Shown: positions 17,613 to 37,906, numbered from the stretch's first letter. The stretch is DNA of 64,000 nt from the human T2T-CHM13v2.0 reference genome, Homo sapiens (GCF_009914755.1 NC_060941.1), one strand, 5' to 3'. The notes: a model not told the origin generated them from the sequence alone. A program made the numbers and translations.

Positions 17613-19299
17613 TTTCCAGTAGAGACAGGATTTCACCATGTTGGCCAGACTGGCCTCAAACGCCTGACATCAAGTGATCTGCCCACCTCTACCTCTCAAA
17701 GTGCTGGGATTACATGCGTGAGCCACCATGCTCTACCGTTTTCTTCCCTTTTTAAACAGAATAAAACTCATTATGTCTTGCAATGACCATATAGATCTAT
17801 TGGTAGGCCCTCTTATAACCTGTCAGCACCATCCAGCCAAAGGCCACCAGGAACACACCTGTCATGACATGAGTTAGCTTTGAGGGAGAACGTTTTGCAT
17901 GCCACGGGGAACTGTGGGGCAAATAAGTAAGAGGGTGTCAGGGATGGTTTATTACAGGATTTGGGCATGTGTTAGGTGGTTTGAGGAGTCCTTTCTCTGG
18001 GATGCTCTCAGGAAGTGGGGGTAATTCTATGATTGAGGATCTTAACAAATTTCACCAAGAAGGAGGGAAGAGTAGAGGAAGGCCAAAGCCGTAATTGGCT
18101 AAAGTAGCAGCAGTCGATCCTATTAGCCAGGACATGGGGTATGGCCTGGCTGTGAATCCCAGACCCACTTCTGGTTCTGCTTTTCTCTTTCCAAAAATCC
18201 AAGACATATTGTGGGATCTTAGCGGTCTTACTTCTTCTGCATCTTGAAATGATTTGCTATTTCATCATCCTGGGAAATCTTCTGTAGTTAATTCATTGAT
18301 TCCCAAAAATGACTTAAGAGTCTTCAAGAGGCCAGGCACGGTGGCTTATGCCTTAATCCCAGCACTTTGGGAGGCCGAGGCGGGCGGATCATGAGGTCAG
18401 GAGTTTGAGACCAGCCTGGCCAACATAGTGAAACTGTGTCTCTACTAAAAATACAAAAATTAGCCGGGCATGGTGGTGCATGCCTATAATCCCAGCTACT
18501 CAGGAGGCTGAGGCAGGAGAATCGCTTGAATCTGAGAGGCGGAGGTTGCAGTGAGAGGATTGTGCCACTGCACTGCAGCCTGGGTGACAGATTGAGACTC
18601 TCTCAAAAAAAAAAAAAAAAAAAAAGAGGTGTAAGAATTAAAGAGGAAAGAAACATGAAAGGGGATGGGCAGTGGGGAAGTGGAGTAACATGTACCACAG
18701 AGTAACAGAGGGAGGGGTGGTAGAAGGTGATTGGAGAGTGTGACCCTGGAAGTGGATGGTGGATGGCGTTATGGCATCAGCAATGACAAGATCTAGACTT
18801 AGACCAGGGAAGTGAGTGGCTGGGGTACGTAAGGCCTAGGTCAAGGAACTGGGGAACTGGGTGTCAACTGATGACAGGAGTTATGTTGGAAAGTGAGCCA
18901 GGAGCTAAAACCTTCAAGGAATAAGTAAGTGTTGGCATGAGTGTGACTGGCCACCAGGACAGATGACAGCAATAAAGGGAGGTAGTGGGCAGTATGGGTA
19001 CAAGGCACAATGGAATGAGGGGTGGGGAGAACCAACAGAGAAAGGAAAGCAATCAATGTCCTTAGTGGAGGATAAAGCGAAAGAAGAAAGGAGGCTGGGA
19101 ATAGGGAGGACAGCAGGAAAATGAGCAAGGTTTCAGGAATCAGACACGGGATAAGAGATGAAGCTTCTTGTGCCTGACCCACACAGAGCAGAAATGCAGA
19201 ACTTCAGGGTCATTCTACAGTGAGTGGCAGATACATGGAAGACAGCTGCAGCATTAGTTCTTTGCACTCACTACCTGGGGGATGTCACCTCTGTCCAAG

Positions 19300-20612
<1,313 letters not shown>

Positions 20613-20831
20613 CAAGCAGTCAATACCAGGAGCCTCTGAAGACCACCATAGCAGTCCTCAGTGCCAGGCAAATCCACTAAAATAGAAACACCAGGCTTTG
20701 CCAAGAAGGGAAAACAAAAAGAAAAACAAAACAACTTTATCGCACATTTCATTAGAATTTCAGGGACAGGCTGGGTGTGGTGGCTCACAACTGTAATCCC
20801 AGCAATTTGGGAGGCCCAGGTGGGTAGATCA

Positions 20832-21065
<234 letters not shown>

Positions 21066-21981
21066 TCATGTTCAGGAGAAGGGGGGTCTGGGCACTGGAG
21101 TTGGAGGAAAGAGCCTCAGTAAAGGTACAGAAACGTTAAGCACAGGGCAATCAGAAAATGAGGGGACCGGTTCATACATCTATGACCCATCCAGCCACCT
21201 GGGAAGGTAGGATCTGGGCCTTAGCCTGTCCCAGAGAATGCAGTAATGCCCTGTCCCAGAGAATGCAGGCTCCACGTGGGCTCCTTCCTACTGTAATTGC
21301 CCCCATTACACCCACATCCATCCCCTCACAGACTGGTTTATGTGCCAGACTCAGCCAGCGGGTGGAGCTTCTCCCGGGAAGCCACACCTCCACCTCCCCA
21401 ACACGCAGCACCCCAGCCTCGCTCTGACAGGCTCTTCCTTACATCATGGCAGTTTTTCATCAGGGAACCACTGTCTCCACAAGCCAAATGCTGTTGTAGG
21501 CCAATCAGACTCTGAAATCCATGCACCTTTGTTAGCAGGTCATCGTGGAGGATGCACCCATCGAAGGTGGCCTTCCACCCCCGTCCTATAAAAAGAAGGC
21601 CACTTCAGCAAATAGAATAAAGAGTCTGACAATGTCTTTTTTTTTTTTTTTTTTTTTTTAACTTTCTTGTTATGGACCAATCAGTAACCATGATCACGAC
21701 CACATTTGAGAATCAGGGCTCTTTGCAGCTGGGGCAATACTTCTGGATCGGGAGCAACTTATCATGGAGGACCTGGTATTAGAGGACACGTTGACAACAT
21801 AGAATAATACAGGCAAGTACGATCAAGGCATTAAAAGTCCTCACATCAAGATGGACATGGCCTTCTCCCAGTCCATTCCACATACAGCATTTATTTGGCC
21901 GGCACTGCTGTCTATTTCTTCAAGAATGCATTTTCTCCTAATCATTCCATTTCAAACAGAGCCACGGCTTTAAATGCTTAG

Positions 21982-22464
<483 letters not shown>

Positions 22465-22509
22465 TGAAACACTGTCTCTACTAAAAATACAAAAATTAAT
22501 TTACAATGA

Positions 22510-23050
22510 GCTGATGGACCCACCCGGGGTCAAGACAGTGACCAAGCGAAATGGGCGTGGGCGTCACGAGGTGTCTGCGGAAGGAAGTTGGAGGAGAGTG
22601 GTCCGAGCTCTTTTGAGGAAAGCCATTACTGTGAAGAGCGGAGCTTCAGCGGTCTGGCTGGGTCGGAGGCGAAAGCGGAGCCCATGAGCCCCCTCTCCCC
22701 CACTGGGGGGGGACTTCCCGGGGCCGCAGAGAGAAGTCCGACTGCGACTGCGAGATCGCGCCCTGAGGGGGCTGCCGCCCTGGGAGTCACAGCCCCGCCC
22801 CTCTCCCTGCCCTGTCAGTGGGGACTGGGGACAAACTACTTAACCTTCGGACTCTCAGTTTCCCCAGCTGGGAAGTGGAAACACCACTGCCTACCTCGTG
22901 GGGTGGAGGGAGCAGAAACGGAGCCGAGGGCGCGACCGCGGCTCAGTAGTCTGGAATGTGGGTCCCAGTATCCGACTAGCTTCCCCCGAAGGGGTCTTGG
23001 CTGTGATACCGAAGCACCTGAGCAACTGCGTTGCCTGCGGACAATACAAT
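22510..23050. promoter_or_regulatory. Small CpG-rich promoter-like segment
   Basis: CpG-dense, with GGGCGTGGGCGTCAC, GGAAG motifs and a CCCCGCCC GC box. Confidence 0.45.
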
Positions 23051-23575
23051 AGGAAGCATTTACTGTTTGGCCTAGGCTGTGTGCTAAGTGCTCTCGTCAT
23101 TACAAACTCGCAAAGGTTACCTACAGAAGGAAACCTTGAGATGGAGGTTAAGCAGCTTAGGCAACAGAGCAAGACCCAGTTTCTACCAAAAAAAAAAATT
23201 TTTTTTTAATTATTATTATTATTTTTTTTAAACGGAGACTCGCTCTGTTGCCAAGGCTAGAGTGCTGGAGTGCAATGGCACAATCTTGGCGCACTGCAAC
23301 CTCCACCTCCAAGGTTCGGGGTAGTCTCCTGCCTCAGCCCCCCGAGTAGCTGGGATTAGATCTTTTAGCAAGTTGGGCAGATGACTCATGCCTGTAATCC
23401 CAGCACTTTGGGAGGCCGAGGCAGGTGGATCACCTGAGATCGGGAGTTCGAGACCAGCCTGACACCAACATGGAGAAACCCCGTCTCTACTAAAAATACA
23501 AAATTAGCCAGGTGTGGTGGCGCATGCCTATAATCCCAGCTACTAGGGAGGCTGAGGCAGGAGAATCGCTTGAAC

Positions 23576-24308
23576 ACCCCTTCTCTGGTCTCATGGAAAA
23601 ATGGTTTGGAAATGGAAGGGACTCATGACCTCAATCTTTACCTCCCTTGCAATTATTACCAGTGTACTCATTCTTGTAGGTTGTGTCATACCTTGCATTT
23701 GTGGATTTGTGCAAAGGCTTATAGAAACAGCTCTTACCAAACCCCTCTCCATTCTCCCCCACCCTACTCAGATAAACTCCTACTTCTAGACAACCAAGAG
23801 GAGCAACAAAGCCAAAATATATTAGAGGAATTTGAAGAGGAAGAACTATAAAGTCAGGAGGGGGAAAATTGCCAGAAACAGTAAGTTCCTCTTCAAAGTT
23901 TCCTTGGTCTTTCTTGCTCTATACGCAGCCCTTCCTGCTTAATCAGGAAGGAGCACTTGTTTCTCTGTTTAATGGGTAACTAGCAAACCTCTTACTTGGT
24001 AAACAACCCTTCCCGCCTAGTTGGTAATGGACAGCCTCTCCCTTCCTGCCTAATTGGCCTTATTCAATTTCAAGCACTAGTCAATTGGGTCAGCTTAGAC
24101 TGTGCTGTCCAACTCCAGCAAATGGGGAAAGGACACAGAAACAGAAACTGTGTTAGGGATAAAAACCCCTGCTCTACCCGGCTTGATGTGCTCTTGGGAT
24201 CAGTCAGACGCAAGCTGTACCCTTCTGCAGAAGTAAATGTGCCTTGCTGAGAAATTCTTTGTTTAAGTGGTGGTTTTTCTTTGCAGCACTGAACACTTGT
24301 TTCTAACA
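23576..24308 (+). mobile_element. ERV1 env TM C-terminal fragment, polypurine tract and 3' LTR (HERV-I/LTR10-like)
   Basis: Translates to LAIITSVLILVGCVIPCICGFVQRLIETALTK and PPPYSDKLLLL. AGGAGGGGGAAAA precedes an LTR ending TTTCTAACA. Confidence 0.7.
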
Positions 24309-25584
24309 CCTGGGGGGCAGAGGTTGTGGTGAGCCGAGATCTTGCCATTGCCCTCCAGCCTGGCGCCATGGCTCACATGGGAGGCTGAGACAGGCAGATC
24401 ACTTGAGCACAGAAGTTCGAGATCAGCCTGGGCAACATTGGCAAAACCCTGTCTCTACAAAAAATACAAAAACTAGCTGGGCATGGTGGTTCAGGCTTGT
24501 CATCCCAGCTACTTGTGAGGCTGAGGTGGGAGGATAACTTGAGTCCAGTAGGCAGAGGTTACAGTGAGCTGGGATCATGCCATTGCATTCCAGCCTGGGT
24601 GACAGCCAGACTCTGTCTCAAAAAAGAAAAAGAAAAAGAAAAAAAAGTGGTGGAATCTCTTACACCAGTAAGGGGGTGTACCTTTTTGCATGCTTAAGAT
24701 CTTCTATTTTCTTTTCTATGAGCTGACTGCTCAGATCCTTTCCCCATTGGCCTTTTTGAATTGTTGATCCTTTGTATTTGCATCCCTAACCTACTTGTTC
24801 TAGTCTATGATTTCAGTTACACATCCAACTTTTGTTTTTTTAAGATGGCTAACCAGTTGCCTCAGCATCATATATGGAGCAGCCCACCTTTTCATCAGTC
24901 TGAGATGCCACTTTTATCATATAATAAAGGCCTCATATATACTTAGGTCTATTTCTGAAACTTTCTTTTAAACAAAAGAGCCTTCTGGTATCATGGCTGT
25001 TTTTTAAACTTTTGATTGATTGTGTACCTACCTTTGTATACCTACCTTTGTGTACCTGTGAACGTGGCCTTGTCCGTGTGGTTAGCAAGGAGCATGTGTT
25101 CCATTCCTCCTCTGGCTGCCCTTCAACACCATCCACTGCTCACAATGCTGCCAGGGAAGCCTGGGCACCTCCAGAGGTGCCAACCTGACCATGCCAAGGC
25201 TGCCAACTCCAGGTGCTTCTAAGGTTTTCAGTCCTTGGGCACCAGGAGGCTGCCAGGTTTCCTGCCAGCTGAGGAGAGCAGCCTATTCAACTATTCAACC
25301 TATGCAACTCCAGGTCCTGCTATTTCTGTTTTTCTTGGCCCTGATTGCACTTCAGTTTTCGCCCTGTCTTCTGGAATGGCTCCTTCAAATTCCCCTTTTC
25401 ATCACATCAGTTTTCACAGGTAGTTGAAGAGATCTGCTTGGAGAGAGATACCATTTGTTTCCCTATTTTCCTTTGCCTCCTCTCTGACTCCTTCCACCAC
25501 CCCTGCCCCCTGCCCAGCCCCACCATTCTTTTCTCTCCCGCCTGGGCCTCTTCACAGTTACCAACCAAAAACTTTCACTTATAG

Positions 25585-26049
<465 letters not shown>

Positions 26050-26159
26050 TGAAGAGATCACGGCTCACTGCAGCCTTGACCTCCCAGGCTCAAGCAATCC
26101 TCCTGCCTCATCCTCCCAAGTAGCTGGGACCACAGGCGCGCATCACCACAACTGGCTAA

Positions 26160-26450
<291 letters not shown>

Positions 26451-26654
26451 TAATTTTTGTTAATTTTTTTTTTTTTTTTGGTAGAGATGAGGTCTACCTA
26501 TGTTGCCATGGGTGGTCTCAAACTCCTCCTCAAGCGATCCTCCCCCCTCGGCCTCCCAAAGTGCTGGGATTGCAGGCATGAGCCATTGCGCCAAGCCCAT
26601 ATGCCCCTTTAAAAAAAAGATATTTAGTAGAAATGGAGCATCTTGCTACAGTCT

Positions 26655-26815
26655 TGCTGCTCACAGTGTGGTCCCCAAACCAGCACCATTGATATCATCT
26701 GGGGGTGGGTTAGAAGTGCAGAATCACTGGCTCCAGACCTATTGCGTCAGAACCTGCATGTTAACAAGGTTCCCCCAGAATGCACATGCACATCAGAGTT
26801 TGGGAAGCATTCTGC
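26655..26815. mobile_element. MER5A-like hAT DNA transposon fossil
   Basis: GTGTGGTCCCC..CCAGCA..GTTAGAAGTGCAGAATC..AACAAG..AGTTTGGGAAGCA pattern. Confidence 0.65.
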
Positions 26816-27304
26816 TCTGGGACTTGATGACTGAAGGAGGGAGGCTGAGGGAGAGAGAAGAAGCAAATATGTTTTTTGAGACCTCAATTCTCACTACCAA
26901 TATCTGAAACTTGGGGACCACATGGATTTGGATAACAAGTGATACAGTTATAACTCCAGATGTCTACGCTGGTGGCTGAGTGGGTCTTAGAACACTTTCT
27001 GGGGTTATAAAATACAGAATCAGCAAGTTGAGGCAGAAAGGCCTGAAGGGAGATGGCAAATCCGTGTGAGCAAGGCTAAGTCTAAAGACCCATGGGCCAG
27101 GGGTGCTTACTGAGAACAGAGTACGTGGCACCATTAGGGGCAGAGGATGGAAGCAAGCACATATGAAACTAGGCATGGTGGCATGCTCCTGTAGTCCCAG
27201 CTACTCAGGAGGCTGAGGTGGAGGGTCACTTGAGCTGGGGAGGTCGAGGTTGTGAGCCATGGTCATGCCACTGCCCTCCACCACGGGCCACAGAGCGAGA
27301 CTTG

Positions 27305-27330
27305 AAAAAAAAAAGAAAGAGAGAGAGAGG

Positions 27331-27364
<34 letters not shown>

Positions 27365-27438
27365 GAGAGGGAGAGAGAGAAAGAAAGAAAAAAAGAAAGA
27401 AAAAGAAAAAGAGAAAAAGAAAGAGAAAGAGAGAAAGA
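27305..27438. repeat. GA-rich microsatellite from an Alu tail
   Basis: (GA)n and (GAAA)n runs. Confidence 0.9.
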
Positions 27439-29567
27439 GTTGAAAATCTTGGAGGCCTTTGAAAACATAGAGAGACTGGACTTCTGTTTCTATGATCAGG
27501 GTGAGGTATACAGGTGGTCCCCAGTAGCCATGGACTGGGAGAGATGACACGGAGATACTACTTTGTGTAAGAGAAGAGTACATGTTTCAGAATCACAGGA
27601 ACACCAATGTGTAATGAGCAGGCAGGCCGAGAGAAATGACAACGTATGTCCTTATAAAGACTTAGAGGCAAATGTTTAGAGCAGAATTATTCGAATAGCT
27701 TTGAACTGAAAACTACTCAAACGTCCATCAGTGGGTGAACGGATAAACAAAATGTGATATTCAGGAATAAAAACATAATGGTACAACATAATGGCACATG
27801 TCACAATGGGGATGAACCTCAGAAACATTATGCTCAGAGAAAGACATCAGTCAGACACAAAAGACCACATACTGTGTAATTCCTTTCATATGAAATGCCA
27901 GGAACGGGAACTCTAGACATAAAGTAGATCAGTGGTTAACTCAAGATGAGGGTGGGAGTGGGCAATGACTGTGTAGGGGAGGCAAAACTTTATCTCCTTA
28001 GGGTCCTTGCTGGGCCTGAGACTCAAACTGACATAGATTAGCAGGAGGAAAGCTATCATAAAAGCTGTCAATGTAAGTTTTACATGACACGGGAGCCCTC
28101 ACAAGGAAATGAAAACCCAAGGCCACGATCATATATGTGCATTTGTTCTGGTTATTTTCTGCCTCCCCTTCCACTTGCCATTCTTCTCTCCCCTGCTCTT
28201 TTGTACTGCATAGAGCTGCATAAGGGTCGTGAGCCAAACAGCACTCCCTCTTGCTGCAGCTGGTCACAGGGCTGCCCCTGCTACTCATCCTGTGCCTCAT
28301 GGGCAACATGTTATGCCCATGTCCAAGGTACAGAGAAGTGGACCCAGAGCCAGGGAGAGGTGATAGGGACCTTTGGGCGGGGTGGGAGGTGCTTATTGAG
28401 AACAGAGTCCATGTCACCATTAGGGAGAGAGCATGGAAGCAAGCACGTTTGACAATCCTGTGTCTGCCCTGTTTCTGGAGAGGCAGATGCAGACAGCAGG
28501 TCAGAGGGAATTTGACTGGACAGGAACTTGGGGGGTTGAGGGTAGCCATTGCATATAACCAAACCTGTTACACATTTCTTTGATATCTGATGTCATTGTG
28601 ACATGATCTAGAAACCTCTGTCAAAATAGTTCCTGATGATACTAAACAACAACTGAGACTGTTTATTGAGTTTGTGAAATCAAGGAGTGGCTGCTCTTCT
28701 AGAAGCAGTGAGTTGATGTCTGTTCTAACATTGTTCTGAGACAAGGAAACCTTTTTATACTTTAATAGCCAGGGTCAGAATTTCTCAGATTGTATATTTG
28801 CATGTAGCACAGGAGATGCTCTTTTAATAAAAATCCAGAAATTTGTTGTGCACATTATTCAATAGAGAACAATATCAAATTAAACCAACAACAATGACAC
28901 TTAACATTTGCCCAAAGCTTGGTAAATGTTGATGGTCACTGTGTACCTTCAGATAGCTGTGTACTCTAACAGAGAGAATGATTTCAAAATCAGTTGAAGA
29001 GAAACCGCCTCTGCCTGCCTGTACCTGTATATTACTGTCAATGTCAATCAGGAATGTGTGGGTTCATTCCAGTTATTTTCGGGCTCCCAATCTACTTGCC
29101 ATTCTTTCATCTCCTGCTCTTTTGTACTGCATAGAGCTACAGAAAGTTAGTGAGTCAAACGACAGCCCCTCTTGGTGCATTTGGTCACAAGGCTGCCCCT
29201 GGTACTCAACCAGTGCCTCCTGTCCTCTCCCCTCCAAATCCCCCCTCCTTCTCAGCTATCAACTCTGTTAATCCTGGTGGTTTCCCTGGCTACCGTGACC
29301 CAAACTCTCATTCCTGAAAAGTCTAAACCCCTCAAGGCCACATCTTTCTCAAGTCAGGGTTCCTGCACTTGTCCATTCATGTCACAGGTGGACCTGGGAG
29401 TAACACGTGGCACCCAAACAGATCACCAGAGTTCACATATATTCCACCTGCCCTCCCTGCATAAGAGCACTACTCCCTCTTCCTGATGATGGTTCAGGGC
29501 CATTAATCCCTGCCAAGATGGTGACTGCTCCTGCCTGCTAGTTCAACCTGTCCAGCCACAGCTGTAG

Positions 29568-29873
<306 letters not shown>

Positions 29874-30315
29874 TAGGCTGGAGTGTAATGGCGTGATCTC
29901 ACCTCACTGTGGCCTCCTGGGCTCAAGCCATCCTCCCACCTGGGCCTCCCAAAGTGCTGGGATTACAGGCATGAGCCACAGTGCCCGGACTGAAGATATC
30001 CTTTAGAGAAAGAAGCAGCGGGTAGTTTTGCCAAGGCCAGACAAGATTTCTGGAGTTTGGAAAGGGTGAGAGATTGGGTCAGCAAAAGACACATTCTGAT
30101 CTTTATGCTGGGATGCAATTTATAGATACAGGGATGAGACCCAAAAAAGCTGGGAGAGATTTGTCATCATGGTTGCAAGGCAACTGCCGGTGGCTGATCC
30201 CGTAAAGGATACACATACCTAGAACACAGCCTAAAAAAGCATCAAGCATGAAGGGTGGAGCCACGATGCTTGGACTCGAGTTCTGCTCCTGTGCATTCCT
30301 CGGTAACTTAAACTA

Positions 30316-30781
<466 letters not shown>

Positions 30782-31002
30782 TCATCACCCCTCCACAGCC
30801 AAGCTGAGATTTAAAGCCCTCCAAGTAAAGTCGAACATGTTCCCTCCTTGGAAATGAATATTCTTGTTTTGGGTCCTAGGATACTCTCCATAAATCATGA
30901 ACCTTATGATACTTAAAGGAGTAAGAAAACCTACCAACTATCCTAAACTACCCGGCGCAGTCTTTTCTTTCTAACCTTGCAAACAGGTTGTATCCCAGGA
31001 GA

Positions 31003-31191
31003 GGGAGCCCCATTCCTGGAGGTACTGCAATACCAGGTCGACGCGTGGAGTGGACAGAGCAAGCTCCTATTTCATCTCCCTGCTCCAAAAATCTATCTAA
31101 TATAATTGTTCTCTGATAGAGGACGTATCAGATATTAAACTGATAAGAACAGATACTACACTTGATCTTAGCCAAAAGGACGAGAAGAGAT
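31003..31191 (-). pseudogene. RNU2-4P: Near-intact U2 snRNA gene copy with genomic flanks
   Basis: About 90% match to U2 by eye, with GTAGTA and the Sm site GATTTTTGG intact. 3' box-like GTTTGCAAGGTTAGA at 30970-30984. The symbol is inferred from remembered position upstream of ARL4D. Confidence 0.9.
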
Positions 31192-31231
31192 GTCGTCGCC
31201 TTCCTCCCTGCCATCACCGTCCCACTCTCAT

Positions 31232-31251
31232 CTACATTCAAGACGCGGTGA
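31232..31251 (-). promoter_or_regulatory. U2 PSE
   Basis: TCACCGCGTCTTGAATGTAG versus the U2 PSE TCACCGCGACTTGAATGTGG, in the same CTGGGGCTC...GATGAGAGTGGGACGGTGA context. Confidence 0.9.
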
Positions 31252-31361
31252 GAGCCCCAGCCTCGCTCCTTGCCTCATTCACTTTGTCTTGTCCACACCA
31301 ATATTGACGCCATTACACACTCGGGCTGATTTCTTATTCTCCACGTTTTAAAAGAAAAATC

Positions 31362-32048
<687 letters not shown>

Positions 32049-32085
32049 AAGAGAAATCTTACACCAGTTCTAGTTCCGGGGTTTC

Positions 32086-32118
32086 CGGGCTTTCATTTCG
32101 AATTTGCATGCCCTGCCC
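32086..32118 (-). promoter_or_regulatory. U2 distal sequence element (octamer 32102-32109)
   Basis: Minus-strand GGGCAGGGCATGCAAATTCGAAATGAAAGCCC matches the U2 DSE context, with the GC box mutated. Confidence 0.85.
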
Positions 32119-32119
32119 T

Positions 32120-33240
32120 TTCCCAGGAGGCGTGGCCACCGCGGTTGACTCCACCCCCGGGCCCGCCTCCAGCTAAGGAGCCGCGGCTGGGCTAGGGGCG
32201 ACTTCCTTGTTTGTATGAGCGAAAAGACTGAACCAAAAGAGACAGGGGGTGAAAACAAGATAGGTCTGTGGAAGAGACCTGTAGGCGGAGAGCGGTCCCT
32301 GTTTTCCTGGAGAAAGACGAGTCGCAAGATATCATCACCAGGGGAAACCAGGCTGAGCTGGATCTTTACGTCGTCACCAGTGGGCGGGGAGACCAGCCTT
32401 GTACCCACTGGACAGCGGGCCCATTCCGAGTCAGGGAAGCAGAAGGCCTGGAGGAGCTTCGGGGAGCAGGGGCTGGAGTTCCTCTGCCAGGCAGGAGGCT
32501 GACACCAGACACCGGGCAGAGGGAGGCGGCGCATGGACGGCGAGGGCCCAGCAAGGATTCTCCCCAGCCCCTGTGCCTGCGTCTCCTGCGGCTTCTGTGC
32601 GCGGACCGTGTCCTGTGCTGTGTAGGGAAAGCTGCTTCTCTGCTTGGGACGTGGATTCCTTTACCCTCCTCCTCGCCTGACTACTTCTGACGCGGGTCGT
32701 CAGGACTCCGCTTGGGTGTCACCCGTCCAGGAAGCCTCCCTTAATTAAGGGCCCTCGGCACCCACCCCATATGTGATTAGCAGCCCTCCTGTGTATTTCA
32801 TCGCACCTCGTTGTTTATATCAACTACTCCACTCACCACCCTTCTGGGCAGTCCTTTATCTCCCCCTCTGAAATCCGATCGCTGAGGGCTGGGACCCTCA
32901 TCAGTACTTATCCCCGTTTCTCTGCGCTAGTCTAATTAGTGCCTGGCAAGTTGAAGGCGCTCAGTAAACGTTTGTGGAGCGAAGAAACGACGGATAGGGC
33001 GTAATGAGCACGACACACGCAATCAGAGAGGACGCAGTTAGGAGGCTATTGGCCCGGGGCAGGCGTGAAGGGGGAAGATCGGGCTCGGGGTGGGAGGACA
33101 CCAGAGGGCGGGGTGACTGTCGGGGTGCTCTGGAGGAAGATGGGCGTCAAGGCCCCCAGCAAGGTTGGGATAAATTTTCTCTCTGAGGCACAGACTGCCG
33201 CCTGTAGCGTCAGCATTTACCATTCCCGTCCTCCTTCCTA
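32120..33240. promoter_or_regulatory. CpG island, possibly the promoter of the lncRNA recalled here (LINC00910)
   Basis: CpG/GC-rich segment. The lncRNA assignment is from memory of the locus only. Confidence 0.55.
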
Positions 33241-33784
33241 ACACAACAGTTGAGATGAGAGTTTATGGCTCTTTTATTTGATTTCAGAAAAGCAAGAAGG
33301 TATCATAGATCCGATAGTGACACTCAGTCAGTCATGCTCCCCCTGCAGGATGGAAAGCCGGATGGCAGGGATTGCCTGGTGAACAACCAGGTCAAAAAAT
33401 ATAAACTGTGCCTTTCCCAATGCCAGCCTCGGGTCCGAGGGCTCTACGTGCATTATCTCTTTTAGTTCACTCGACAGCCCTAAGAGATGGGCGTTATTAT
33501 TAGCCACGGCCAGGATTAGGGTGAGGTCATTCCTCTAGGTTCGAATTTCAGGGGGTGATCCTCCAGAACCCTTCAGTAATCAAAATAAATAATAGTTCAA
33601 TGCAATATATCTTATCTCGATTATAAGATAATCAAGCCATTTATCTGGATTGCTGAGTCTTTTGGTGCCCCCTTATTTTTTTTTTTAACCTCTCAGCAAG
33701 TGTTTCCCTCATTTCACTTTACCCCAGTCTCCACCGAGTCATTGTCATCTCCATTCTATTACCCTGTGAAGTGCAATATGGCAG

Positions 33785-35740
<1,956 letters not shown>

Positions 35741-36996
35741 TGAAGCTTTTTTCTTTCTTCTTCCCTCTCTCTCCACTTGTCACCATGTTTTTCACTTTCT
35801 ATTTCATGATCACACTCCTCAGGCACAGGACAGAGGTAGGAGAGTGCAGACTCTTGCAGGAGTCCAGAGGCCCTCTGTCCCACAACTTAGGATGGTCCCT
35901 GTGACCTCAAAACTCACTAGTCAAGTAGGAGGTCTGAGCTCCCAGTGGAGTAACCAGCCATCCAGTTTGCTAGGGGATTAGGGGTTTCCTGGAATATGGG
36001 ACTTTGAGAACTAAAACTGGCAAAGTTCCAGGTGATCAGGGAGAGTTGGTTACCCTAGAGCTCTGAGCTGTGCCAGACCTCAGAGTGGGCTCCAAATTTT
36101 GGGGGAAATGAGAACAACCATCCTGATATAGTTCACAGGTGGCTTTCCCCAAGGGTGGCACATGCTGAAAGGATGCAGTCAGGGGGATGCAGCTGGTCTT
36201 CGGTGGTCTCCGGAGCCCACAGGGAGGCAGAGGAGCCCCCCCACCCCACGAACTATAGGCTTATTGCCTTTCGCACACCAAGTCCCAAGAGCCCATAACA
36301 CCTCTTTCGACCATCAAGGCCCTCATTCTGCTCCTCAGGAAGTCCTGGCACCCAGGCCATGAAATCTGGCTTTGAGACTGACATTCTTGCTGAGACTGGG
36401 GTATTCTCCTTTTACCCATATCTAAGAGCCTGTGAGTTTCCTTTTGTGTCCAATAAGGGCTAATCCTGGTGGTCTATGACTGCCTGTCTGCAAGGTCACA
36501 GAAGGACGTGACCTCCATCTGCTGTTGCTTTCCTGATGGCTCCCTTGGTCTCCTGCAAGTTCTCCAATGCCAGCTTAGTCCTTGTTCAACTCTACGTTTT
36601 CTGGAGAGAACCCTTCTTGGCACTGTCACCTCTGTTGAGATAACTCTCCTCCAAATCTCCAGCCCCCTTCTCTAGCCACCCCTAGACATTCTTCTTGGGA
36701 ACCCCCATCCCCAGGCTGTCCGAATTCCCTCTGGCCTCTCAGTCCTTGGATGCTGAGGGCCACTCCCTTTTACTTCCTCAAGTTCTTACTTTCCTTGGCT
36801 TCAGGCACTTGCAGCTTTGTGGCCTTTTAAAGTCCTATGGTTTTCCTTCTACCTCTCCAGATGCTGCTTCTCCATCTTTCACTTCATTTCCCTGCCTTGA
36901 ATGTGGAGATGCTCATGACAGTGTTATGGAACCACTTTCCTCCTCTCACCCCATTGCTCCCTGGGGAATTCCACCCATCTCAGGACTCTTTTCTCA

Positions 36997-37428
<432 letters not shown>

Positions 37429-37891
37429 TTAGCTGGGTATTGTGGTGGGAGCCTGTAAGTCCCAGCTACTCAGGAGGCTGAGGTGGGAGGATCACTGAAG
37501 CCCAGGATATAGAGGTTGCAGTGAGCTGAGATCACACCATTGCACTCCAGCCTAGGTCATAGAGTAAGACCCTCTCTAGGAAAAAAAAAAAAAATCTTCC
37601 CCACCCTGCAGCCCTCTCCTGCCTGCCTCAGTGTTCCCTGGACCTATTAGACCCTCTGTAAATACATGGAAAATGTCATCAAAATTAGAGTTTCTGCTCA
37701 AATAGTGTTCATTTTAATTTGGTATCTCACACACACTAAAAACTTGAAGAGGGTGTATTTTCTACCTCCAACCTGAAACTGTAGGAAAGGCCCTGTCTGA
37801 AAGGAGACTTCGGGAGCTGACAAAGGAACCTGAATAACTTCATCCACTAAGACTCCGCTTTTCTTCACCAATCAGGCGGTGACAAATACAT

Positions 37892-37906
37892 CCACCAGGG
37901 GGCAGC
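37892..37906 (+). promoter_or_regulatory. CTCF consensus site
   Basis: CCACCAGGGGGCAGC. Confidence 0.65.
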
